A DNA stretch of 64,000 nt from Hyaloraphidium curvatum SAG 235-1 (lineage: Eukaryota > Fungi > Monoblepharomycota): the NCBI GenBank assembly GCA_025558095.1, contig JAIVFI010000024.1, forward strand, positions 248,001 to 312,000. The letters are read 5' to 3'. Under the pieces are notes generated by a model that saw only the letters and a list, made by a program, of their open reading frames with translations, was not told where the DNA came from and ran no database searches. Positions 47,443 to 58,971 of the stretch are shown in pieces (the first letter of the stretch is position 1; every line of letters begins with the position of its first letter). Both the position numbers and the translations under genes were made by a program.

Positions 47443-49101
47443 ATGGCCTTGGACACCTTTGCCATCGCTTTTGCTTCAGCGGCTGCCGTTGCCGCGGCGC
47501 TTGTGGCCCGCTCGGCCGTCCATCCCGTTCTGCTCGTGCTCCTGTTCGCGTCGGGCAGCTACGCCCTCCTCTTGCGGGTCTTCAACGGCAAATGGGCTCC
47601 CCGCAAACCGACGGATCCTCCCCTCGTTGCCGGCTGGATACCGTTCCTCGGCGTAGCACTGGAGTTTGGCGCCCGTGGCGACGAATACCTGCGCCAATGC
47701 GCAGAGGAGAACGGTCCCATCTTCACCCTCGTGCTTGCTGGCAGGACGCTGACCTATGTCTGCGACCCCAACATATTCTCCGGCATCGTCAAGGATAAGC
47801 GCTGGGGATTTGTCGTTGTCGGGGCCGAAGTGGTCAAGCACGTTGCGGATATCGAGCTTTCCTGGAGCTTCGCCATCGAGGACGATGCTCATCGAGTGGT
47901 GGCAAAGTGGCTGCTCGGCGACACGGCGACCCTAACTAAGCGCTTTTCTGAGCGCGCCGACGAGTTTCTGGCGCATGAAGTGACCGATGGAGAGGCTCTC
48001 GATCTCTATCGCCTGAGCAACCGCGCGGTTTTCCTGGCCGGCGGCAAAGCGCTCTTCGGGACCGGGATTCCGCTTGTTGGTGACGAAGCAGAAGCCAACT
48101 GCGCCCGCTTCGATGCGTTCGATTCCGCCTTTCCCTTGTTTGCGGGAGGTTTGCCGTCTTTCCTCATTCCGAAAGCTGCACGGGACGCGAAAGCCGGGCT
48201 CATCGAGGCGCTCACGCCTGCAAACATTTCTCGCACGTGGTCCAGTTTCCTAAAAGGCGTTGTCGGAGTCTCGGAAGACGGTGCAAGGGACGAAACGTGG
48301 GACCCGAAGAGCGTGACCCTCGATCAGCCTTCTCCGTACTACGTCGAGCGGCACCTCAACTTCCTGTCGAAAGGCTTGCACGAAGAGGACCGATCCGCCA
48401 CCGGCAAGCTGGATCTGCCGCTGGTCTGGGCGGCCACGGGTAACACGGGCCCAGCCGCATATTGGACGCTGAGATACATCTTGAAAGGGAGGGACGAGGG
48501 TGCGGCATGGTTCGCCGAACTGCACAAGGAGATCGCATCCTCGTTCGAAGCAGGACCGGACGGTGTGGAAAGATACGATCCGACGGTTGCGACGCCGGTC
48601 CTCGACGGATGCGTGACAGAGGCTCTGCGGCTCTCCACCTCGATCTTCGTCATTCGCGAGGCGGTGAACCAGACCCGGGAAGGAGACCCCAATGCTCTGC
48701 TTCGCCAATCATCCTCGGATCCGGTCCCCATCCCCGGGACGCAGTACGCCCTGCCGGTGGGCTCCCGCGTGGTCCAGCCTGTGCGTGTTGCGATGCACTT
48801 CAATCCCGCATTGTATGGGGAGGACTCGTCTCCGACCAATGTCTTTGATCCCATGCGGCATGTTGAGGCCGGGCAGAGCACGACGGCGAAACGGACGATG
48901 CCCTTCGGCACGGGCTACTCTATGTGTCCAGGACGAAAGTTTGCTCAGAACGAGATCCGTTGCTTAGTGTCGGTGATGTTGCGGCGTTACGATGTCGAGC
49001 TGGTGGACGCCGGATCGGATGATTTCAAGCCGGGGCGGGCTGGATTCGGAACGCAGTGGCCGACGCGGGCCGCCCGCATTCGCGTCAAGCGGAGGACGTA
49101 G
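47443..49101 (+). CDS. Cytochrome P450, CYP7/CYP8-like, intronless
   Basis: Motifs PPLVAGWIPFLGVALEFG, GPIFTLVLAG, I-helix LVWAATGNTGPAAYW, EALR (ExxR), FDPMR, and heme motif PFGTGYSMCPGRKFA. Confidence 0.9.
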   Translation: MALDTFAIAFASAAAVAAALVARSAVHPVLLVLLFASGSYALLLRVFNGKWAPRKPTDPPLVAGWIPFLGVALEFGARGDEYLRQCAEENGPIFTLVLAGRTLTYVCDPNIFSGIVKDKRWGFVVVGAEVVKHVADIELSWSFAIEDDAHRVVAKWLLGDTATLTKRFSERADEFLAHEVTDGEALDLYRLSNRAVFLAGGKALFGTGIPLVGDEAEANCARFDAFDSAFPLFAGGLPSFLIPKAARDAKAGLIEALTPANISRTWSSFLKGVVGVSEDGARDETWDPKSVTLDQPSPYYVERHLNFLSKGLHEEDRSATGKLDLPLVWAATGNTGPAAYWTLRYILKGRDEGAAWFAELHKEIASSFEAGPDGVERYDPTVATPVLDGCVTEALRLSTSIFVIREAVNQTREGDPNALLRQSSSDPVPIPGTQYALPVGSRVVQPVRVAMHFNPALYGEDSSPTNVFDPMRHVEAGQSTTAKRTMPFGTGYSMCPGRKFAQNEIRCLVSVMLRRYDVELVDAGSDDFKPGRAGFGTQWPTRAARIRVKRRT

Positions 49102-49165
49102 ACTCAGGATGGTGGAAGACAAGTGAATGTCAAAAGGATCAGCATTACCAAAACTCAGACAAAGA

Positions 49166-51085
49166 TCAACCCGTCCTCTTTCTCAAGCTAGACAGCGCCG
49201 CGAGCGAGCGGAACTCGGCCGTGGAAGCCGAATCCGAGCTGGAGTAGCCGTCCAAGATGGAAGACTCCTCTTCCGTGCTGGCGTCGTCCTCGCCAATGTC
49301 CGTCGGGATCCTCCGCAGCATCACCGCCTTCTTGTGCACCGAAAGGGTGATGGTCGCCGGCGGATTCACGTACGGCTCCCCGTCGAGCTGCACAGGGGCA
49401 TCTTGCTTCAGCTGGATCTTGACCTCGCGCGCCCTCCCAAGGACGATCGGGTTCGTCAGCCCGACCAGGGCGCTCGCCAGGTGGACCGAGTTCGACAGCG
49501 AAATGACCTCCAGGCGCTCGTCGTTCGTGTCGACCGCGGGCAAGGCCATCTTGGAGCCCCCGCCGAAGCTGGGGATGTTGAGGCAGACGACGCTCGCCAG
49601 GCCGTTGGTGGAGACCTCGGTGCCGTCCAGCCAGAGGCGGCACATGTCCCCGAGGTTGAGGATCGGCGGCGGCGGGGGCGACGACGATTTGGGCCGCTCC
49701 GTGGATTCGTGGATCTCGTCCACGTCCGAGCTCGTCATCATCGAGACGTCCGGATCTTGAGCGGGTCTTTGAGCGCGGGGTGGCGGCGATGGCGGCGGTT
49801 TAGGTGGCGTCGGCGGTCTTCGGAACGCCGAAGAGAGCAAGGTGACAAGCCAGTTGGCGGTGAATCTCGTGCCCATCAGGAAATAGATGAACTTGTTGAT
49901 CTGACGGTTGCGGAACAGCTCCGGGTTGCTCTCGCGCGTCGTGTGGAAGCCTAGGGTGATGGCGGCATCCACGCCAACCGAAAAGTAGTTGATCATATAC
50001 TGGGTCGTCTTGGTTTTGCGCGTGAAGCGCGAACCCGGCTGGACGCTCGTCACCTTCCACCGATCCATGACGACGGGCTCGGCGTCCCGGATGTCGCGCA
50101 GGATGCCGAATATGTTCTCCCCGCGGTAGCCGCCTCCCCAGCCCAGCACCCTCGCGAGGTCGTTTCCGGTGCCGAGCGGGATGAGACCAACGGGCGGAGC
50201 TTCCCCTTTGTGGCCGATCGAGTCGAGGGCGTTCAGGACCCAAGCAATCGTGCCGTCCCCGCCGCAGACCAGGATCCGGCAACGCGACAAGTAAGGAGCA
50301 AACACTTTCAGGAGCGTTTCGGGTCCGTGTTCGCTCAGATCAAGGATTTGAAGAGGATTGAGGGCGCGGAAAAGGGCCGAAAGGATCTGCGACGATGCCT
50401 GTTCCCCACTCTTCGGGTTGATGAAGCAGAGAACGGGTTTCGCAGCCGCAAAACGGGGCAGGTCCAATGCTAGGCGATATCGGGAAGAGCCCAACGACGG
50501 GATCCGACCCCTGCTCGAGACCGTGACGGCGCGGGGGTCGAGCACGAGTTCCGGCACCGGGCCCAGGGTGCAAACGGGCGAGAGATGATGCCGGCAGTCC
50601 GTGTGGACCGCAACGCCGCACCACAGACAGCGCTGGTCCCAGAGCCCCGGCTCCGTGCCGGCGCTCTCCCCGCAGACGGCGCACGACGCCCCCAACGGCA
50701 GGTTGCCGCGCACGAGCTGGTGAGGGGGCGAGTATTTCGCGCCATCGACAAAGACGCCGCCCAGGTCCGAGACGGCCTTGCACGGCAGCGCGTCCGCCCG
50801 CCGGACGTGTTCGGGGTGGGCACAGCGTCCGCAGACCATGCACGTCTCGGCCTGGAAGGCAATGAGGCCCTCGCACGCGTCGCAGTACGCCGGGAGCACC
50901 GCGGCGCCCTGCGTCCAGCGGTGCGGCGACCGGCTCTTGAGCGACTCCGCGCGCGGCCGCGAGAAGAAAAGAGTCCGCAGCACCACGGCGAGGAAGACGA
51001 ACGCGACCGCGCCCGCCAGGAGCGCGAGCGGGTCGTGCAAGGAGCGTCCGACGGGGCCGGCGCCGCCCCCGGACGCGGCGTCCAT
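49166..51085 (-). CDS. Diacylglycerol kinase, epsilon-type (TM + two C1 domains + catalytic domain), intronless
   Basis: N-terminal TM and two C1 His/Cys domains. Motifs FINPKSG, CGGDGT, IPLGTGNDLARVLGWG, NYFSVGVDA, LNIPSFGGG, PVQLDGEP. Confidence 0.93.
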   Translation of the reverse strand: MDAASGGGAGPVGRSLHDPLALLAGAVAFVFLAVVLRTLFFSRPRAESLKSRSPHRWTQGAAVLPAYCDACEGLIAFQAETCMVCGRCAHPEHVRRADALPCKAVSDLGGVFVDGAKYSPPHQLVRGNLPLGASCAVCGESAGTEPGLWDQRCLWCGVAVHTDCRHHLSPVCTLGPVPELVLDPRAVTVSSRGRIPSLGSSRYRLALDLPRFAAAKPVLCFINPKSGEQASSQILSALFRALNPLQILDLSEHGPETLLKVFAPYLSRCRILVCGGDGTIAWVLNALDSIGHKGEAPPVGLIPLGTGNDLARVLGWGGGYRGENIFGILRDIRDAEPVVMDRWKVTSVQPGSRFTRKTKTTQYMINYFSVGVDAAITLGFHTTRESNPELFRNRQINKFIYFLMGTRFTANWLVTLLSSAFRRPPTPPKPPPSPPPRAQRPAQDPDVSMMTSSDVDEIHESTERPKSSSPPPPPILNLGDMCRLWLDGTEVSTNGLASVVCLNIPSFGGGSKMALPAVDTNDERLEVISLSNSVHLASALVGLTNPIVLGRAREVKIQLKQDAPVQLDGEPYVNPPATITLSVHKKAVMLRRIPTDIGEDDASTEEESSILDGYSSSDSASTAEFRSLAALSSLRKRTG

Positions 51086-51599
51086 GGTTGGCGGTGACGA
51101 GGGACGCGGCGGTCAACTCCTGATGAACCCTGATCGAAGCTGACGTGGCCTGGACTCACAGGAAGCGTCGGGCTCAGGATTCGCAGCAGTCACAATCAAG
51201 CGCGATTGATGCCGCTGCTGAATGAATCCAGACTTGTCGAGGCTGATCGTTGTGACGGAGCTGACCGTAGCTCCAAAGGGTTCCATGAGTTACCCGGGCC
51301 ATTCAACTGATCCGTTCTTTCGACGTGAATCAAAGAAATCATCGATGTAACTACTCCTGAAATCGCGATAGACGACGCGGTCTCGAACGGATTACAAAAA
51401 GGGGGACTTGGTTCAGTGCACGAGGGCCTGATTCATCGATTCCAAATTCATTCCCTATCGTCAGTACGTCGACGCTAGAACAGTACGGCACCGGCCCGAG
51501 GTCTCTTGCATTTGACTGTTGACCTGGGGATCGATGTTGAAGGTTAACCACCGCGGTGAAGCGGGAGCCGCTTGCCCAGCTGCGTACCTAGTCTTTGTT

Positions 51600-51838
51600 T
51601 TAACGAGCCGCCACGGCCGCGATGAAGATGTCGTTAATGGTCTCAACCGTCGATGGCTCGATGGTCGCCATTCCAAACTCGTTCGAGATTTCGTCGAGCA
51701 GAGACAAGATCTTCAGGCGTCCGCGCCGAGGTCGTCCCGGAGACTGGCCTCGAGCTTGCAGTCCTTCGGCGACACTCCGAGACTCTCTGCAACAATCCGC
51801 TTTACCGTGGCTTCCACGTCCGCCTCGTGTTTCGCCAT
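51600..51838 (-). pseudogene. Bacterial-type acyl carrier protein with a 1-bp frameshift at the phosphopantetheine Ser
   Basis: MAKHEADVEATVKRIVAESLGVSPKDCKLEASLRDDLGAD / [GC] / LKILSLLDEISNEFGMATIEPSTVETINDI. Restoring one A (AGC) gives LGADSL and a 79-aa ACP. Confidence 0.75.
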
Positions 51839-52659
51839 CTGGTCGCCCGGATGTGGAAAATGGTCCTGGCACTTCCCCTTGGAAACAGCGCAGCGAGAGC
51901 AGCACACCAGCGGAATCCAATTATCCGCGTCAGTCTGCTCTGAATGCGTCGCAGCGCAGTCGCAGGCTCACCCTCGGAGCGGCCGGGGCAAGGGTGTCCT
52001 GTGTCTCCCAAAAGGTCCAAGACATGATCGTAGGGGCCGCCTGACAGGGCGATAACAAAACACGCAAGCATCTTCGACGACATGGAGTTCGCGTTCTAGA
52101 ATCATGAAATCCATGCCGGCGAGGAGCTCCTTCTCTGATCCCGCACCTCCTCCGCATCGATACACCTGCCTCCCTACACCAACCGTCCGCGTCCTGGCAA
52201 TCACGCCATGTAGACGCTATGATTCCGGTTCAGTGCTCGCATCAATCCCTCACAATGGATGGTGCTTCCGACGTTGGCTTTGCCTCTGTGGCAACGAGGA
52301 ACATGACTAAACTACAGTATCACTCCGCGGACAAACTCTTGCAGCGTCGCCATCAATTGCAGGCCCATCTTTCAAAGTGGATAAAGGAAATGATTGGATT
52401 GGCAATCTGCTGTGGCCCGCGTGTGGGATCGCCGGGTGCGGTCGTCTGTGAATCGGAAATCAAGCGAGTCAAGTTTCCATCACCTTCGACCTGCGCCGCC
52501 CATCGACGTCGAAACCTTGAACCAATCCCCACTGAATCGACCGCGCGTAGGCTCATCGGGTTTAGGCGTGGCCCTCTCGGTCCCCTCCCTTGTTCCGCTT
52601 CCCCGAATCGGTCCCGCATCGCTGCCGGGGTGCCGGTTTCGGGCAGTTTCTTCGGCACA

Positions 52660-53970
52660 ATGGCGGCAGTGTCGGAAGTGCCTCAACAAACCAACTGGAA
52701 GAACGTCAACAAGTAGGCGTTGTTGGCCACTTACTCTGGATGTCGCTGACTTGTTCCGCCGCTCAGCTGGCATTGGGTGTCGAAAGTGAGTCCGGGATCA
52801 CGGCCACCTCGTCGCCTCGCGTGGGCACGTTCGAACCCCTGTTTCCCGATTGCAGAACTGCACGCCGTGGGCAGGGGACTATTTCCGCCGGGAGCTGGTC
52901 GACATTTCGGCGGAAGATGGGGCCGGGTCGGCGAAGACGACCTCGGTTTTAAACTTCTCCGGCGACGTGGAGCTGAACCAGCGCAAGGGGAAGCTTATCA
53001 CGGTCTTTGACCTCCACATCACCGTGAACTGGGAAGGTGGGCTCTCCGGAGACTTGGACGTGGGGCGGGAGCTCATTCGGGCGGGCCGCCAACAGGCAAG
53101 CTCGCCGACGAGACCGCGGGCACCGGGCGGATCAAGTTCCCCGAGTTCATGAACGACCAGACGGCCGAGGACATCGAGTTTGACATTGCTGTGGAGGGCG
53201 ACGCGTCCGAGGCCGGGAAGCGGCAGCTGAGGGACTGGGTGAAGAAGGTTCTCGTTCCCGCGGTCAAGGCCAAGATGCTGGCTTTCCCGGAGGCTCTGAT
53301 TGCTGGTAATGCTTTGCTTCCGCTATCCGGACACGGGGTCGCTCACCGACTCCGCAGAGCAATCACGGGATATCCTGATCCCCCCTGAGCAAATGAAAGG
53401 TCACCCGGCCAACCGTCCTTACACCCCCCCGGCGAAAACCCCGTCCCCCGCCCCCCCGAAACCCGCTGCCACTGGCCCGACTACGGTCCAGGGCACGGTG
53501 GTGAAGTTGGAGCTCGACGTGGAGTTCCAGTGCACCGCCTCCGACCTCTACCTCACCCTGCTGGACCGCGGGCGGGTCTCGGCGTGGACCCGCGCGCCGG
53601 CGGAGATCCAGCCGCAGGTCGGCACGCTGTTCCGGCTGTTTGGGGACAACGTGACGGGCTACGTGACGGAACTGGAGCCGGAGAAGAAGATCGGCATGCG
53701 GTGGCGGCTCAAGGAGTGGCCGGCGGACCACTTTTCGACGGTGCAGATCTCGCTCAACCAGGAGTCGGACTGCACCAAGCTGCACTTGGTCCAGGACAAC
53801 GTGCCGATCGGGCAGAAGGACCAGGTCCAGGCTAACTGGACCAACTTCTACTTGTTGGTTCTTCTCGGTCGACGAAGCTGTCACATAATGCTAACTACTA
53901 TCGCTCTTCTGCTGACGCCAGCAACCCGATCAAGATGACCTTTGGCTACGGCGCGATCCTGACCGGCTGA
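52660..53970 (+). CDS. AHA1: Hsp90 ATPase activator Aha1
   Basis: Motifs NWKNVNNWHWVSKNC, GDVELNQRKGKLITVFDL, AWTR, F.LFGDNVTG, WRLKEWP..HFSTV, NW..FY..PIKMTFGYG. About 5 introns. Confidence 0.95.
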
Positions 53971-54033
53971 AGCCCTCCAAGTGGGCCCGAGCCGGGTGTA
54001 CAATAGAAATAGAAAACTCTCGCCTCACCGCCC

Positions 54034-56761
54034 TCACTGCCGCTGCTGCCCCGCCCACGCCATCTGCGGCGCGACGGGCATCGTAGCCCCGGGGGCCATG
54101 CCAAAGTGCGGTTGCTGCCCGTAGGGAGCCTGAGGCTGGCCGAACGGGGTGTGCTGCGGCGCGTAGTACGGCGCGCGCGGCGGCTCGCTCTGCGGAGGCA
54201 CGGCGTAGATCGGCGGGTAGTAGGGTGCGCCGTTCGGCGATGCAAAGGGTTGCGGGGCCTGTGCCACCGCGGGGTTGAAGAAGGAGGGGGGAGGAAGGCT
54301 GGTCTGCGGCCGGGGCGGGATGGCCGCGGGCAGACGCCACGCCGCGCCCTGGGCGCCCATCTGTCCGAACGGTGCCTGCGCCGCGGGCTGCTGCCGGTTC
54401 TGCGGCGGGTAGGCCAACGGTCGCGGAATCGCACCGGAGGGTCGGAACTGCGGGAAGTGCGGCAGCGGCCTGGCCACCGTGGGCCGGGGCGCAATCGCGT
54501 GCTGCGGCGGCAGCGCCTGCCGCTGCACTCCCGGCGGCGGCCCCGAAACAGGAGCAGGCGGCGGCTTGATGGCAGGCTTGGGCAGGATCCGGATCGGCGG
54601 CCTCGAGAACCGGTAGAAGAGCGCGGGGGGAAGCGGGCCCGGCGGGAGCTCCTTCAGGTCCAAGGGGATCACCGGCCTCGTGGCCCTCTCGAACCTGGCG
54701 CGCTCGCGCTCGGTCTCGGAATCGTCCGACTCGGAGCCGTCCTCGGCGTCCGCGGGCTCCTCCGGCTTCCAGTTCGGGTCCAGGAGCGCGTTCATGTTGA
54801 TCCGCACGGAATCCGAGATGCAGCGGCAGAATCCGGCAGTCTTGCCGATGGGGATCCACGCCTTGGTGGCAAAGTTGACGGCCTCGGCGAGGTTCTGCGC
54901 GGGAAGAGGGAGGCGTCAGCCAGATTCGGCGAGCGATCGGGAACCGCGCTGCGCACCAAACCGCAGTTGAAACCCCCGTGGTACGAGTACGGGAACGTAA
55001 TCACGAATTCCCCCTGCCTCTGGACGCACTTGAGCACGCGGATGCCCTGGTTCGCAAGGTATTTCGCTTTTGGGGCGCATCGTGAGCCGCAGCACAGCCC
55101 CATGGTCGGCCCAAACACGCACGCGAGAGGACAAACGACTTGTGACGCATGAACTCGGCGCACTTCTTGTGGTCGCTCGGGAACGTCGCTGCATACAATG
55201 GCCGAGCGGACGGGGCGGCGTCGGGTTAGCACGGCGTTTGGAGTAGTGCGTGCAGGCAGCCGGGGTAAACCGGACCCGCTGGTACGTACATCGAGTGACG
55301 CGTTCGAAGCGGTCTTTGTGCGGCGGTGGGACGACGTACCAGTGCTTCGGGGCGCCCTGCGGGAGTTATGGGGGTTGGGGGATCGCACACAGCCACCATA
55401 CAAAACCCCGACGCACCATGTGGTGGTAGTTTATGCTGTACAGGTCCATGTCCTCCAGGTGCCACGCGAACGTGCTTTTCCACATCCCGACGTAGATGTA
55501 GGGCGTCGTGACGCCGGGGAGGTCGACCTTGGTCTGCGAGAGCAGGTTGTCGAGGCCGTTGAGGTTCCAGGCGTGCTTGAATGCCTTGGGGAACAGAGTG
55601 CCGAGCTGGTCCGCGCCGTACATGGGCGAAACGTACGTCAGGTTGCGCCAGTAGTCGCGCTCGAGCTCCAGGACGGCGTCGGGATCGATGACCCGGTCGA
55701 GCGCGGCGAACTGCTCGAGCAGCTCGGCGGGCAGATCGGCGTGGACCTTTGGCGGCGCGGCTTTCGGGGCCGGGCTGCCCTGCTTCTCGTCGAATTCGCG
55801 GGGCGGGGTCGGCAGCGTGCTCGCCGCGGCCGAGCCGTCGGCGCCGGCCTCGGTTGGGCTGTCCTCGCGCTTCACCGCCACGGGCTCCGCATCGCCGTCC
55901 GCGGGCTTGGGCGAGCCCTTTGCGGGCCTGCCGCGCTTCCCCGCCGTCTTTTTCGGCGCGGGTTTCCTCTTCCGGGGCGCCTCGTCCTCGTCCTCGGACG
56001 ATTCGTCCGATTCGGAATCCGTCTCCCGCCGCCGGCGCCGCCCCGCCGCGCGCATGCACGCCGGCCTGTGCTGGTCCGACAACGCGACGGATGCGAAGCT
56101 CTCGAACGACCACCGCTGCTTCTTGTCCTCGACGTTGATCTGCCTGTACAGGCCCGAGGCGCCCTGGAAGTGCTGGTTGATGGGCGTCTTGATGGCGAAG
56201 CGGGCGGCGCGCGGCGGCACGTAGGCCTGCGGGTCGCCGAGCGACTCGAACCACTCAGGCGGCGGGACGACCTGGAATGCGGCGTCAGATATAGCTGCGT
56301 GTCCGGGGCGGGTGCGAACGCGCCTTGACGAGGCCCCTCCTGCGGCCCCACGGCTCGACGGCGCGGATGAAGGCGCCGAAGTCCGCGAACTGCGCGGCGG
56401 ACGGGCGGAACGTGGGGACGCCGCCCTTCTCGTGGAATGCGGCCGGCTTGAGGCCGAGCGCGGCGGTCGCGCGGAAGTCGAAGGCGTCGCAGTCGCTGTC
56501 GCTCCCCGAGTCCTCGTCGAGGTCGCTCGCGTCCGCGTCGTCCTCCGCGCCCGGCGGCGCCCCATCGCCCGCGGCGGACGGCGCGCCGTGCGGAACCGCG
56601 TCGGCGGCCGCCGCGGCGTCCGCGCCGGCGGGCTCCGGCGGGACCCCGGCAGGCGGCTCGCGGACGTCCCCGGCCGGCGCGGCCAACACCGGCGCCCGCG
56701 CGAACGCCAGGCCGCCCTCCTCGATCGAGGACGCCTCGCTGTCGGACGCGAAGCCGGCCAT
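54034..56761 (-). CDS. JmjN/JmjC histone demethylase, KDM4/Rph1-type
   Basis: JmjN: PTFRPS..QF.DF, GLVKVVPP. JmjC: [55 protein letters not shown]. About 5 introns. Confidence 0.93.
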
Positions 56762-57022
56762 GGCGACCTCAAGGTGCGCGGGGGACCCCTCGCTCGAGTT
56801 GCGTCAACAGGCTGCCGGTGGCGGCTGCCGACGGACCAGACCCGTCAATCAGGACCACGAGCTATGCGCAGCTACTTGAAAGTGCAATTCAGTTTGATTC
56901 AACGAGTTTGACTTCGCATCAGATGGGACAGTCCGCCACTCGCTCTGATGCATGCAGTCGGGGTTGCCAGAACGTGTTCGGCTTCCCCCTTACACCGAAG
57001 TAGTCAACGTCGACGATGCAGG

Positions 57023-58870
57023 TCACGCAAAGTTGAGCACCGTGTCGCCCGACTCGCTCCCGCGCTCAAAGACCCGCGCCAACCCCTCCCTGTCCGCCTC
57101 GTCGGCCGTGGGCTCCCTCTTTTTCGGCCTCCCTTTGCTCACCGGCACGACGAACACGTCGTGCTCGAACGCGGCACCGTCGGGATCCAGCAGCTTGAAC
57201 TCGATGCGCGGCCGCGCGGGATCCGAGGAATCGAAGGCCAGGTAGCCCCAATTGGTGTCGCTGTGGGAGGTCGAGTAGACGGGCTCGTCGGATTCCCCGC
57301 GGTCCTTGGTGTAAACGTCCGGCAGGTGGAACGACGAGATGGGGCTGACGCTGTACTCGATCATTTCGGGGCTGTAGGTCGGGAAACGCGTGATCCCGAC
57401 GATGTGTCGATCTCCGCTCAAGAGCACCACATTGCGGATCCCGTTGTCCCGCACGAACGAAAGCAACCGCTCTCGGTCCCGCATGCAGCAGTGCCACGTA
57501 TCGTGTCGGTAGCGCCAGTTGACGCTGACTGGCACCGACGACAGCACGGCTCGGAAGGTGTGCGTCGAGTTGGTCCTTAGCAGCCATTCCTCGAGCGCCC
57601 GGAACTGCTCCTCGCCGAGCATCGCGCCGGCGGCGGGGTCGCGGTACCGCCGCGTGTCGAGGGAAAAGACGGCGACGTCGCCGATGTCGAAGGAAAAGTA
57701 GTTGACGTCCCCCGGCGGGCCGAACGTGGACGGATTGGTGCCGCCCGCGTAGCGAACAAAGGCCTCGTTTGCGGCGGCGAACGGCTCCGACTCCATCCCC
57801 GTCCAGTCGTTAAGAATCTCGTGGTCGTCGTAGGCATAGACCGAGGGAAACGACGAGAGAAGCTCCTTTGCCTCCCTGTGCGCCAACAGCCTCATGTAGT
57901 GGTACGAGTAGGCCTCCACCGAGGGCCCAAACCAGAACGGCGTGTCGGCGTGGATCAAGTCGCCGAGAAACAGCAGGTACGCCCCCGCGGGCGCCTCCTT
58001 CAGCGCCAGCCGGAACCCGGGGATCCCCTTCTCGGGCCAAGGCCACCCGGGCGTGACGCACGAGCCGAACATGACGACGTACCGCCCGTTGGTCCCCGGA
58101 GGCCGCAGCGTCCGCAGCCGGAACTCGATTCCCTGCCCTTCGAAGGCGACGGGCTCCCCGGTTGTGTCGAGAACGAACCGCACGAGGTACTCGCTGTCCG
58201 GCGCCAAATTAGCTAGCTCCACGCGCCCCGTGTAGTCGGCCGCGGCACCGAGCACGACGCCGGGTCCGCGGTGGAACGCTGGTTCGTCCGCGCGCCGGTA
58301 CTCGGCGGTCAGCGTCGCATTGGCGAAGTATCGCACGGCCAGGGTGGCCGAGGTAGCGCCGATGTGGCCCAGCCGGAAGTACTGCAGCGCTTCCTGCCGG
58401 TCGTAGAACCAGGGATGGAAAACCGTGTAGCCGATGAAGGCAAGGACCGCGGCGCTCGCGAGCCAGACGAGAATGTGCGGCCAAACTGCCACCGGCCGGG
58501 GAGTAGCGCGGCTGCCATTGGCGAGTTTCGTGATCTCGGAAGAATCACGGCCTCCCGCGGTCCCCGCGGCTGCAGGGCGCCTCAAACGGAGTCCCGACGC
58601 GTCGCGCACCTCGACGCCCTTTGCCAGCCCAGTCGCGTTCGAATCCGGATTCGATCCCGCTGATTCATCCTCAAGAGCTTTCTGCCCTCGATTCCGGTTC
58701 CAGAACACGGCCAGGGCCAGCGGTAGGAGGACGGCGTGGAGCGCGAACTGCAGCGGCATCGCGAGGCGGAAGTCCAGAACACGGAGCTCGATCCAGCTCA
58801 GGACCAGGGAAAGGCCGGAAAGGATCGAGAGGAACCATCTTGCCCGCACGATCCAGCTCTTCGGCGCCAT
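57023..58870 (-). CDS. PhoD-like alkaline phosphatase/phosphodiesterase with N-terminal TM helices, intronless
   Basis: Motifs FGSC, LFLGDLIHAD, YDDHEILNDW, LDTRRYR, MLGEEQ, DTW, VLLSGDRH. The ORF also permits a start at 58939. Confidence 0.9.
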   Translation of the reverse strand: MAPKSWIVRARWFLSILSGLSLVLSWIELRVLDFRLAMPLQFALHAVLLPLALAVFWNRNRGQKALEDESAGSNPDSNATGLAKGVEVRDASGLRLRRPAAAGTAGGRDSSEITKLANGSRATPRPVAVWPHILVWLASAAVLAFIGYTVFHPWFYDRQEALQYFRLGHIGATSATLAVRYFANATLTAEYRRADEPAFHRGPGVVLGAAADYTGRVELANLAPDSEYLVRFVLDTTGEPVAFEGQGIEFRLRTLRPPGTNGRYVVMFGSCVTPGWPWPEKGIPGFRLALKEAPAGAYLLFLGDLIHADTPFWFGPSVEAYSYHYMRLLAHREAKELLSSFPSVYAYDDHEILNDWTGMESEPFAAANEAFVRYAGGTNPSTFGPPGDVNYFSFDIGDVAVFSLDTRRYRDPAAGAMLGEEQFRALEEWLLRTNSTHTFRAVLSSVPVSVNWRYRHDTWHCCMRDRERLLSFVRDNGIRNVVLLSGDRHIVGITRFPTYSPEMIEYSVSPISSFHLPDVYTKDRGESDEPVYSTSHSDTNWGYLAFDSSDPARPRIEFKLLDPDGAAFEHDVFVVPVSKGRPKKREPTADEADREGLARVFERGSESGDTVLNFA

Positions 58871-58902
58871 CCTGGAACTGGTCTGCAAGAGGTCGCGAAT
58901 GA

Positions 58903-58922
58903 CGCGATCGCGCGCGATCGCG
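58903..58922. promoter_or_regulatory. Perfect 20-bp palindrome (CGCGATCGCG)2 in the ~100-bp divergent intergenic region
   Basis: cgcgatcgcgcgcgatcgcg equals its own reverse complement and sits between the PhoD and S1/P1 start codons. Confidence 0.5.
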
Positions 58923-58971
58923 AGGGCGTGCACAAACATTCATTCAAGGCAGCTGAGCCCCGGCCTGACAG

